A stretch of DNA of 64,000 nucleotides from Yuukianura sp. NJ FZ-2021 (Eukaryota). Of the stretch, positions 13,346 through 24,879 are shown piece after piece. The position numbers and the translations under genes were made by a program. The notes below the pieces were generated by a model. The model was not told the DNA's origin, made no database searches, and was given only the letters and a program-made list of their open reading frames with translations. Location: assembly GCA_046563655.1 (NCBI GenBank), contig CM102285.1, forward strand, positions 12,834,001-12,898,000, read 5' to 3'. Positions within the stretch are counted from its first letter, which is position 1. Every line of letters starts with the position of its first letter.

Positions 13346-15417
13346 ATGATTTTCAGTACACTTCTGACTGTTAGCCAAGTGATCTTCATCAGTTCAGTTG
13401 GAGTGACAGTGACACAAGGAAACGTAGACTGGACAGCACAAATTTGTCTCGGAGGTAACCGTTACAACATCTCCAGATCCCAATGCTGTCAAGATCAATC
13501 TTCCGTTGGGATTTGGTTTGTTGATGCATTTAAAATTGATCGAGCTTGTTTCAGTCCTGGAGTGTAATTCAAAATTCAAAATTTTAAAACTTAGGATTAA
13601 AAAAAACGCGAAAAAAAATTGCACCGCGGTGATTTCTCAACTTGAATTTGTGTTTAGATGGGCAGTATACAAGGCATGGTGTCAAGAACCGAGGATTTGG
13701 ATAACCGGAACTACTTCCAAGGCACCGGGATGCATGGAGCGGAGTATACTGGAGAAAGTACTTTGCATTCGTATCTAACTTTACTAAAATAACAACGCAA
13801 ATAACGAAAACATTTAGTTTAGGTGCTTTTAAAGCTTACCAAAGTTTTAATTTTGAACAAAATTTGAAACCTAGGTCATTGGAGTTGTTTTTCTTGGAAC
13901 AGAATCCAGTGGCATCGTCGTTTCCAGCACAAAGCAGCGCCTGTTCCTCCAATTGTCTGAGACTGGAACGCTTCCAGCGGTGACCCTGCTTGATCCAGAA
14001 CTGAGCGTCCTATCATGGGGCACCAAAATTCCGTACACTTTAGAACAACAATACGAAAACGAAACTGACGAAACTTGTCTAAGCAGCGGAGGAAGCTCGT
14101 TTTCTAAACAGTACAAATTGAAAGTTCGATCTGGACAGAAGATGTCGCTTTCTCTACGTTCAAACTGTTCTAAAAGTTTGGACAAAACGAAAAGACCAGT
14201 AGGAGGCACTCCATGCAAGATGCTAAAAGCAACTACCCATTTAAATCCGAAACAACCTACACTCAATTGCAGTGACCTCGGGTCATCCAAGCGCTCGTCC
14301 AAGGTCAACAGCAAGTATGACACTGTCCGAACTATAGATATGATTCTCCGAGATGTGAACCAGCAATCGGCAAGATTAGCACTGAAATTTCATGCTTATA
14401 GTTTCAAAAATCTTGTTCTACCGGATCAAAGTTTAGAACAACTGAAACTGTTAGAAATTTCAAAAACCGTGTTTGAACAAATCTGTCCGGACGCAATCGT
14501 TCCACAATTTTTTGTAGAAGCGATGTCAGTTCTTAGCAAATTTCTAATTGCTGAATCAATCAAGATTTTCCCAAGACCGGCCATGGACGTTCAAACTTTT
14601 AAAAGAATTGAAAATGTTGTTCAAAAATGCATGACTTTGACAAAGCCATTTGAATTTGAAGGTGAAGAACCTTGCTCTAACGTAAGTACTAACCTCATAT
14701 AACCTAAAACTGAACAAAAAAAGGTGCCAGTAGTAATTTGAACAAATTTTAAAAATTTAGAACAGTGAAATCACTTTGAAAGTGAAATTTCTCAACGGAA
14801 CTGACGGATTGGCCCCGCGTGACCTTCCGGATGACATTAGAAACAACATTGACATTTATGACCTTGTGGTTGAATTTACTTGGAAATTGTTTCTGTTTGC
14901 GCACTACACATGCGCTGCTCATTTCAGCGAATATCCATCAGACTTAAGCGCGTTCTACGCTGCTTGGCATGATTTGGTCACTCGTGACCTTCGGGAACGC
15001 TGGTGAGTCTTTTTTCTCAAAAATGTCAAATACAGTTTGAATTTTTGACAAAAAATAACATTTTTAGGTCAAATCCTGGAAAATCTTTCGAAATGCTGAA
15101 ACTGATTTTCCAAAGCATTGATTTGAGCCGTGCTGTACAAAATTTGGATCATTGCGTTTCTGCTGCTCATTCTCAGTCCGTGTACTTCGGATGGCTCAAA
15201 AGACCTTTCCAGGTCAAAGGTCACAGGTCAGATTTTCTAAATTTTCAAAATGCTTGTAAGAATTGTGTTTTGAATTACATGTGTTTTCATCAGGGAAATT
15301 CGGACGAAAGATTTGATTTGGGATGACAATGCCTATTGCATGGACGATTACTCATTTCCTGCGATTCGATTAGGTTATCAAATTGAAGCATGCGGTGTAG
15401 CCTGGCAGGCAGATTAA
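13346..15417 (+). CDS. Uncharacterised multi-exon protein, Cys-containing N-terminus; both ends uncertain
   Basis: Phase-consistent exons approx. 13346-13563, 13658-13757, 13875-14681, 14761-15002, 15068-~15226, 15294-15417. The last donor is ambiguous and an alternative stop lies at 15326. No family recognised. Confidence 0.55.
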
Positions 15418-15983
15418 GAAGGTCAAAGGTCGTCTGGCCACCGATGCTACTTCAAATTGCAACTATGCTAGTACTTCAAATTGCACCTTTACTTTAAAGC
15501 TAGATTCACATCGGAAAATTTTTTGCCTCAAAATTGCAACGTTTAACACATTTTCACACTTAACTTTACTGTATGTAGCTTATGTAGTTGGTGCTATACA
15601 GAAGCTTGATCACACACAAGATCACGTCGGGTGACCTTGCTACATCTTTGTGCAACAAGTCATGCTATATAATGTCTATGTCTGACTATGTAATTACCAA
15701 AGTCATGAAAAAAATGTACTAAAAGTACACACTTACTTTAGGTTAGGATTAGGATTTTAGAGCTATTGTTCCTATACGGACCTACTTATGTACATAAACA
15801 CAGTTCTATTTTGTCTTGTTTTTCCTGTTATATGCTCTCTGTACTGAAGGATCTTGTTATCCTGAAAGATATGCGCCAGTATTCAACAGTTTGGTTTTTG
15901 GAATCTCCAAAAACACAAAACAATTTTCAAAATTTGTGTGCAATTTTCAAAAATTAGTGATTCTGCTTCTGTTTTAGTTTAAA

Positions 15984-16883
15984 ATGGACCGTACAAATTT
16001 TCTAGTTGTGATTTTCTGTAATTCTAGTTTAGTCATTTTATTTTTGGTACTTGGGCATGGACTGAGCAGTGAACATGGAAATTCTGAATCACAACAGCTT
16101 GTAAAACAGACCGCAGAGGAGACTGAACATTTTAAATATTTGAATTCGCTTGTAGTCAAACCAGACACGATTGAAGATTGGGAGAAAAGACGCAAGGAAT
16201 TAATAGAGTCACGACAGCGACATGTTATGGGAGACAGCTATAATTCGAGAAAGCTAGAAGTACTGGAGAATCAAAGAAAACATAATAGCAGCAGCAGGTA
16301 CAAAAATTCTTCAAATTTTCAAAGATTTTTCAAAAAAAAAATTGATTTTTGGTTAATTTTTGATTTTGCAGAGGCTGGACCTCATCAGATACAGCTATCG
16401 TCGTCGGAATTTTTGCTTTCTGTTTTGGTGTTGCGTTAATACGATACTGCTGCTGCGCTGACAAGTCCAGGGCGACACGAACCGTTCAAAATCGTAAGCT
16501 TAGACTTTCACTTTGATCAAAATCAAATGCTCAACTTTCTCCTGAGTAAATTGACCTAAGAATATTTTCTTTTAATTTTTAGCGACGTTTATCTTCGCCG
16601 GAGTTGGTGAGTGATTGGGAATTTCACAAATTCAAAAATTTTAATACAAATTTTCTGCAATTGCAACTGATTCTAATGTAACTTTTTAGGAACTCGGGAT
16701 GCTGTGCAACATCATGAAATTGCGTCAATGCTTGCTTCAACTCGCAGATCATCGTTATCAGTAGCCGCAGCAGTTCCACCTCCACGGTACTGCGAGAGGG
16801 AAGAAGATCCACCACCGGATTACTACACCGCAATAGCAACAAATGCCCTTCTAAGTCCAAATGCTCAATCCATTAATCGATGA
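15984..16883 (+). CDS. Single-pass membrane protein with juxtamembrane CCC and two PPxY motifs
   Basis: Exons 15984-16297, 16372-16493, 16583-16606, 16690-16883 join in frame: hydrophobic signal-like N-terminus, TM AIVVGIFAFCFGVALI, RYCCC, tail PPPRY..PPPDYY. Confidence 0.75.
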
Positions 16884-17209
16884 AAACTCGAGTATCCTTC
16901 GGACCAAGATCTGTGATTTAATTCAAAGTTTGACCAAAGCCAACACTGGAATGAAGTGCCAATACCCGAATCCGGGCATTCCGACCAATCCTGTCACTTC
17001 CAGGAGCTTCTTCCTTGCTACGCTTGACATTCTACGTTAAAGGAGCCTTTCCATTACTGGACATATTTTTCAATGTTGTTTTACAAATGTTATTCTTCTA
17101 CCGGGTTAGTTTTAGCTTGTACATGTTTAGTCATTTTTATTTCATAAATTTAAGACTCAGCAGCAGAACATTTTGTCGAGTGTTCAAAATTTTGTAAGTA
17201 AAAACGCGA

Positions 17210-18267
17210 TCAATATTTTTCAACAACACAAAGTCCTTCAGCAAATCTCCGATTTCCGGGAATGCAGACTTGCTGAGCCGGTTGACTCAGAGGGGCACAG
17301 AGACTATGTGACCTGCATTTGGGAATTGGATCTTCTGGAGTATGAAATAGACGTTCATCGTCCAACTCACAGTAACCTTGACTTGTAGCTTCATAACAAA
17401 GTCCATCATCTAAATCCTTAAAATAGAATTTGGGTTGGCCGTAAGGAAGCGATTTAGGACAATCGTTGACTTCACAAGTTGGATTCAGAGTGTCATTGAA
17501 CACAAACCATTCGCCTTGTTCACAAGGTCCCTGAAATATTTTTGAAAATTCAAAATTTTGGAAATCAGTCAAATCGTTTTTTGAATTTTACCTGTGACCA
17601 AGCCCAGAAGCACTGATTGTATTTGGCAGAGTAGATCAGAGGCCGTGAACACTGATGATAGTCACAGTCGCACTTTCCTTCAGTGGAATTTTCTTCTGGA
17701 ACTGCAAAAAATCGCATGTTTTCTCCACATGGTTCAGTACTGCCAATTGCATAATATTTCTGGGTCACGGGGTCAAATCTTTCTAGGAAAAGGTCATGCT
17801 TCTGCTCAGTTTGTGATACAGTAACGTTGCAACTTGCTTCTTTTCCAGCATTTTTTTCACGTTCTGTCACCTTATCCTCACGAACTGTAATTTGAAATTC
17901 ACGTTCACGTAGTTTTTCTTCGCGTAGAGTCAAATTCACTTCGCGATCGCGAAACGTAGATTCGCGCTCGCGAAACGCTTCTTCCCTTTTGAGCAAATTT
18001 TGTTCTCGAGAAGTGACGCTGTTGTCAACATCGTCACCCTCTGGTACCTCTTGTGGTTGCGGTGTAGTAGTAGTAGTAGTGCTGGAAAAAATTTGAAAGA
18101 AAAAACTTCAAAATTTTGAAAAGAAAATTTGAATTTTTTTTGAATTTCTAGGAAACTGCAAGAGGAAAGCAGCGCGATTACCTTCTCCTTCTTAGCTTCG
18201 GACGTTCATCTGCAGATACAGAAAGAGTTGAGATTACTAAAACACAAATCAGTAATTTTGAATTCAT
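17210..18267 (-). CDS. Secreted Cys-rich DUF4789-like protein with charged coiled-coil segment
   Basis: Signal peptide MNSKLLICVLVISTLSVSA, then an R/E-rich heptad region. Cys motifs PCGENM, GKCDCD, QCFWAWSQGPCEQGEW, CYEATSQGYC, VCIPGNRR..GLC are typical of arthropod DUF4789 proteins. Three coding exons. Confidence 0.75.
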
Positions 18268-18787
18268 TTTTGGATTTTGAATTTGAAAATATGAGTCTTG
18301 GTGTGATCTATGGTAGTCGAATGGACGCTTGAAGCTAAAAGGCGTCTGAAAGGTTAAGATGTACAAAAAGTGAAAGAGAAATTTTGTAAGTTGTAATAAT
18401 AAATCAAGTGGACTTTGGAATTGGGGTCATAACAAGGAATCCCTTACACACAATTTTCACTTTCATTTTCTTTGAGCCAATGGAGGATGTAAGAAGTTAA
18501 CACTTCAGTGACGATGGGAAGGGAGTAGTTAATTAATTAACCATAATTAAAAATTCTACTGCATTTGTTAATTTAATGTTTTTAATCAACAACTGATTTT
18601 TATTTGTAAAAACAGCATCGTTTCACTTCCTTCTGATTTCGCTTTCTGTTTTCAGTAAATCATAAACTTAACTTAATTTACGTGCATTCAACACGTTTAT
18701 TTCTCTAAAAATTGTCAAAAGTACTCACCCAAGCATTGGAGGGCGTAAATCCTGAATGAATCCGGAAATTGTTTGTGCTGCTTTTTG

Positions 18788-18801
18788 GTATCCATGGTGA
18801 A
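18788..18801. promoter_or_regulatory. Candidate RFX X-box upstream of RPGRIP1L
   Basis: GTATCCATGGTGAA, an imperfect match to the GTNNCC-AT-RGNAAC X-box, about 190 bp upstream of the ATG of a ciliary transition-zone gene. Confidence 0.4.
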
Positions 18802-18986
18802 AGCAAAAGTTAGGCCAAACTTGTAACAGCAAATTCTCCATCACCTCCCAATTTTACTTTCCACATTTGAACGAGTATGCAATATGAAAAGTGAATCATC
18901 GTGCCCTATATTTCAGTGTGTCAAAACAGTTACATTTTTGTGTTTGTATTTCCGTGAGTTAGTTTAATTTTCTAAAATTTACGAAC

Positions 18987-21900
18987 ATGATGACCGAAGA
19001 CTTAAATGATAACTTTCCAGTTAGGGAAAATGGTAATGTCTGTAGATTCACTGTCTCTTTGGCTCTGAACATTTTTGTTTTTATAAAATTTCTGTAATTT
19101 CCAGGAAGAAATCCAGTTATAACACGAGATGTGAATGAAGATCGTTTTCTGAGAGTATCCGAAGAGAATGTGACATTGAAGAAGCATCTAAGAAAACAGG
19201 AGGACCGTATACGTCAATTAGCCACAAAATTAGTTCGTGTCATAGGTGAAAAGTCGAAAAGATCCGAACGTGATGACATTCTCATAGGAGATCAAAAGAG
19301 TCGAATTGAAGAATTGGAAGCACAAGTTAGCAATTTGAAAGGCAAATTGTCTGTGGCCAGGCAACAACTTGGATCATGCACGAAACTTGTTCCAGGAGCT
19401 CCGAAACCTGGAAGACCAAAGTAAGATAATCAGAATCTGGAAAATCACGTTTGTTCAAACAGCACATTTTGTTCAAACAGCATATTTTGTTCAAATGGAA
19501 CTTTTTTGTTTAGATCTTCCCGAAGTGTCACTGGAACGCCTACGGTAGTTCCAGACGAAGTTACCCGATTGCTGATTGATGCCAAAGGAGAAAATCATTT
19601 GCTAAGAGATCAAGTGAAGCATCTTCAAGAGCGATGGAACAAAACCAATCAGGAACTGATGGTTCTTAAGGAGCAGCTTGAGCAAAAAGATGTAAAACGA
19701 AAATATTTTAGTCAAGAATGTTTTGGATCTTGAAATTTTGAAAATTTTGGTTTTGACAGGTTGAGCACCAGGATGAGCTGGCAGCGATTCAAAGTCAAGG
19801 TCAACTAGAAAGTGACCTCAAACAGAAGAAGTTGGCAGACAACATTCAATTTATTCGGCTCCAGCGAGAGTCGAAACGAACTGCCAGTTGGCTAGCAACG
19901 TACGAAGCACAATGCAGAACGCTCGAGGCTAGTTTGAATTCGGCTAAAGAAAATATTGGACAGCTTGAGTTGCAATTAGCCACTGCGCAAGAGGACCTGC
20001 GCAGTGAGCAGTCAAAATGTCTGACACTTTTGAAGCAAAATGAAGAGATTGGGTCAATGGTGCAGCAGTTGAAGGAAGCCAATGCACAAATTGATGCTCT
20101 CAAGGTACGCCTTACAAAAAAGTTTTTGAAAATCTTGCCAAAAAATTTTTGACTTAATTTTCAGTTTTTGTCGTTTCTTCGCAGGATGAAAACACAATTT
20201 TGAAGGAAGCCAATGAAAGTTTTCTGGCGAAATCACTTGAAAATTGCGAAAGAACGCAAGCGATTGACAAAAAAGAAAGTGAACTGAATTCTCGAATTGA
20301 CCAATTGGAAACGACGGTGAAAAATGAACAAAAAGCCAAATCCGATTTGATTTCAGCTCTGACACAAGAGAAAGCCAAATCGTTGTCACTTGACCAAGCG
20401 TTACAAATGTTAGACAAAAAGTGTGTTACACTTTCATCGCAGTTGACGTCAACGACTGAAGAGTTGTCCAGGATAAAAGAGTACGCCGAAAGTTCTCCGC
20501 GGGAAATTGTCGTAGAAAAAGAGTTTGTAACGAAACCTTGCGAAAGTTGCCCGGTAAAGGATTCGGAGCTGACTGAATTGAAAGAACGAGTGACACAAAT
20601 GAAAACAGAAGTGTCAAAACTTAAAGAACTGCTTAAAACACAAGTTGGAATTAACAAAGAGTACCAAGAAGAGGTAACTTCTGTTTTCTAAAAAATGAAA
20701 ACACTGAATTCTGAAAATTTTGAAAAACTTATTTCGAATTTTGAAATATGCAGATTGACGCACTTACGACACAAATGGCTGCCTCTGAAGCACTTCATGA
20801 AAAAGAAAGGCGGGAGCTCATGTTTGTCTTCAGTGACAAAGCGAACAAAATGGCCGAATTAGAACAAAGTTTAGAAACGCTACGCAACAGAATTCCGTCA
20901 ATTTTGACGGGTGACACACCACATTCTACGTCAAAACCTACAGTTGCGCCTGACAATACGTCAAATCCACCACCTCCAATTGAACATGCGCCAAATCTGT
21001 CACCTCCAACTGCAGATTCGTCAAATCCTTTAGCTCCTCTCGTCGATTACGAAAGTTCAAAAGATCTTGAAATTCAGGACGAAATGGATGAAAGTAAACA
21101 AGGATTTGTCGAAGAAGAAGTCGTAGATGAAATCCCAGAAGATTTAGACTCGGTTGACGCTTTTCAAAAAATGGAAATCTTGAATCCTGATGAGGACGCT
21201 GATGCGCCAAAATTGAAAATTGAAATTCAACAATTCGTTCCTGTCGATAAAGAAATTCTGCCGCGCCTGTTTGTGACCTGGGAACACGAGTCTCTGCCAC
21301 GACAGTATTCGCCAATCGTCTCCGACGGAAATTTCAACTCCAAATCTGTTCATCTGATTAGTGATTCTTTTAGATCGGTAAATACAAAATTTCCTAAATC
21401 TGAAAATTTCTGAAATAGTATTTTTAAAATTTTGTATTTTTATAGACTTCACTGGACGTTCACTTGCATCAAGCCATTGGAGAATCAGATTCTCGTGTTA
21501 TCGGATTTGGCATAATGAATCCCGGACTGATCCAGTTTACCGGAATAAGAAACATCGACAACGAATCAGAGGAAATCGGAACACTTTTCTACAGTTATGT
21601 GTTTCAAAATTTTGAAGAACAAGATCTGATCGATATCCCGCCACCACAATTTGTCCCACCACCACCACCACCGGTTCCAATTCCCAGAAAATTTAAAACG
21701 ACAGGGGCTAAAGTTGCTGGAACTGGAATTGGACAGCCAGTTTTAGAGCCACAAAAAGTTTCTGAACCCGAGAAAACAGTAACTGCACAGATACACACTC
21801 TTCCAGAAGTGCAAGAATCCAGTTCTGAATCACTGGATCGAAACCTTGGCAAGAGAAAATCAATTTTACGACGTGAACCGACACGAGAATTTGCAAAATC

Positions 21901-22840
21901 CGGAAAACGAAGAGTTCGAGTCAGTGACAAAATTGAAGAAAGAAAATTCGATTCCGATTCGGAATGTCAGATAAGTATGGAATCCGAAGCAGGTCAAGTT
22001 TCTGACGACAATTCTTTTAGCATTGGACAAGTTTTGACCAAAAAGTCTAGCGGTTTACCAGAACCGTTATTCAGTATCGGTCAAGTTCCGGAACCGCCGA
22101 AGCGAACCGTACCGACTCCGGAACTGCAGCAACAAGATTCCGAAGTTTCTTTGAAAAGACGTTCCAGAAGAATGTCGAAACAGACAGCTACGGAAGAATC
22201 GGACGAAGTATCTTCAAGCCTCTCCGTTGGAAGTGAAGGCGAAACGAGTCGAAATATTTCCGATATCGAAACGATTTCTGAAGAACCGTACGGAGATTGT
22301 GACATGACAATTGAAATCATATATGCAAAATTTACATCTCACACGAGACTGCTGAGTGACCCTCAGGTCAAAAAGTTTTTTGTAGAGTACCAACTTCTAA
22401 ACTACTCCGCTGAAGACCTTGAAACTGAAACGTGTCCAACACCGCCACTTGGACGCAAAGCAAATTTTAACTTCAAAAAAACGTTTTTGATTGAAACGAA
22501 GGAGAGGAGATCACTTCTGAGAGAAATGATTTCAAGTAACAAAAAATTGCAGTTTACTTTAGTCACTGAACCAAGTGACAATGACACAATTGACTGTGAA
22601 GATATTGGGTAAGCTTCAATCAATTTCAGTTTGACCTTGAGGTCAAGATTGTGTTAAAAGTTACCATTTTTGAATTTTTGCTTTTACAGTTTTGCCTACG
22701 TGTCTCTGACGGACATTTTGAATTCTGGAAACGACATTTCAAGAAAGGAAATTCCAATTTTTAATTCTGAAAACTTGAATAATGAGATTGGAGTCTTGTG
22801 TGTTTCAGTTTTGGCATTTAAAGTTCTAAACACTTTGTGA
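18987..22840 (+). CDS. RPGRIP1L: RPGRIP1L / protein fantom (MKS5) homologue, ciliary transition-zone scaffold
   Basis: N-terminal FPVREN and EDRFLRVSEENVTLKKHLRKQEDRIRQLATKLVR match the family N-terminal coiled coil, as does DNIQFIRLQRE. Long coiled coils follow. C-terminal RPGR-interacting C2 domain: VKKFFVEYQLLNY..DLETE..NFNFKKTF..LQFTLVTEP..CEDIGFAYVSLTDIL..IGVLCVSV. About nine GT-AG exons. Confidence 0.88.
19449..19496. repeat. Short intronic tandem repeat (TTTGTTCAAACAGCAYAT-like unit, about 2.5 copies)
   Basis: tttgttcaaacagcacattttgttcaaacagcatattttgttcaaa read directly in an RPGRIP1L intron. Confidence 0.7.
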
Positions 22841-23246
22841 ATAAATTTAAGGTTTGCTAAATTTGAAAATTGAAGAAATTTCGAAATTGTGTAGAAATGA
22901 CGTTGATTTTGATTTTGAGGTGCGATGTGTTTGAAATTCATTGCGGTGATTTTCGAAAATGTGTCAATGTTTCACATTTCACTCTTTCGCAATATTTTTT
23001 ATGTGCAGATTGTTTGAATTGCTTTGCATACGAATTGTTTATCTTCCGATTTGAGTGTTTGTGTTATGATGAAAATTGGATTCTAATTTGCCCATTTTGG
23101 CGAAAGTTGTTGAAGAATTGTGAATTCTATTATGTACCAAGGTTCAACGGAAATTAACCATCAGAATTTTCAAGTTGGTTTGTTCGCTTCAAAAAAATTG
23201 CAAGTTTTTGATAATTTTGTTCAACAAAAGTTTGCAAAAGTTGAAA

Positions 23247-23723
23247 ATGTTCACTGGAATTCCTGAATTTGAAGATGAAGACGTTTACTACGACGATAAT
23301 ACACATGAACCACATCTCACATGGATTCTGTAAGTTGAAATTGAACTTGAATTTGAACTTGAACTAGTTTTACAAAATTTTCATAATAATTTTATTCTTC
23401 ATTTTTTTTCTAGAACTGTTGGCTTATACACGACAATTGCAATTTTAATTTTCGTTGCAATATTTCTCGCCTGTATCTGTTTTCCGCTTTGCAGTTCGCA
23501 GGAACGACGAAACCAGCTTTCACTTCGATCCAACTTTAATTACAGTACCGCAGAGCTTAAACTTGATTTACATTTTTTTGATAAATTTCAAAAATGAAAA
23601 TTTTGAAGTTTATTTCGAAATTTTCTAGATTTTCAATCTCCAGCCTATTTTCCCGGGCTAAGGCCTAATGGAGAATGTGCAAATGCCCAATGCACGGCAT
23701 CACTGCTTCAGAACAAACCATAA
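23247..23723 (+). CDS. Small (about 100 aa) single-pass membrane protein absent from the ORF track
   Basis: Three exons (about 23247-23329, 23414-23544, 23629/23644-23723) join in frame: MFTGIPEFEDEDVYYDDNTHEPHLTWILTVGLYTTIAILIFVAIFLACICFPLCSSQERRNQL...YFPGLRPNGECANAQCTASLLQNKP*. Confidence 0.6.
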
Positions 23724-23934
23724 CTTCGAAAGTACTTTACCGATGTAAGTAAGCTAAACTAATGTTACGGAAACGGAAACATTTCCTTTAGATTTCTAAA
23801 CAAGCCTATTTGAACAAATTTTTAGAAAATTCCTTATCCCAAGTCAGGATCAGGATAAGAATTGCGGATCAGGGACCACGAAATACTAATTTCTGGCGAA
23901 ACCTTGACTAATGTTATTTTCGCTTTTTAGAACA

Positions 23935-24427
23935 ATGGAGATTAAACTGTTGATGCTGAATTGGACAATTTTGATAGCGCTGTTGATCTCTTTTGGATTT
24001 GGAGCAGAGATGAAAGACTGGGATCAACTTACAGATCGCTTGGCTGTAGATGACACTGCAGGTAACATAACACTGGAAAAATTTATGTTGCGCATGCGTT
24101 GTGACTCAGTTTTTGTTAGGCTATGCCTGCGTGACCCTTGACCCCTGCAAATGTCGGTCTCAGACTAGGAAATGGGAAGAGTGGAAGGCGGCTATTAAGC
24201 CAGGACGTCGTGAAAAGTGTTACTTGAGTGACTACAGTGACTGTCGTGTTGTGCCCTACACTGAAGACAAATACTTACCTGAATGGTGCATCAGCGGTGT
24301 ATGTCGCCTGCCCCCGTCAGAGTCACGCAGACTAAATCCAATTTGTTGGCCATCGGAAGCCTTTAGGCTCCGCATGTCAAGTCTACTCGTCCTCACAGTC
24401 CAAGTTTTTAGATTGTTATTACCGTGA
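23935..24427 (+). CDS. Small secreted 8-Cys protein, possibly GPI-anchored
   Basis: Exons 23935-24061 and 24120-24427 in phase. Signal peptide MEIKLLMLNWTILIALLISFGFGA, eight Cys, hydrophobic C-terminus SSLLVLTVQVFRLLLP. AATAAA near 24546. Confidence 0.7.
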
Positions 24428-24879
24428 TCTGTGAGAAAAGTTCTCATGCAGTGACTTCAGTAATTTTTGATTCTGCGTAAGGATTGATGCTAAAGTGGAT
24501 CAAGGCAACATGGATGTAAGAAGCATAATTACTTTTTGTACTGCCAATAAATTTGTACCAAAACCCGTCAGAGTTCTTATAAATTCAAGGAATCTTGTAT
24601 CATAATATCAAAGCATCTTGCATTTCTGTGCCCTCAGGCTGTAAATTAAAGATCAGGACAAAGACCTCTCCAATTTCATCTTCACCGCAGTAAAGTAAAT
24701 ACAAACTTCTTAGTTCTTACTGCGAACAAGTGTGTATAGCGACGCAGTGTTGGTACACATTTAGACTTTCAATTGAGAATTGCGTAAAATCAATCAGTTT
24801 GTACTGTAAAGTTAGGTCTGAAATTACCGTCAATTTGATTTGTGTTTAGGATTTTGGAAAGCTCCGGTTTGATTTTAAA

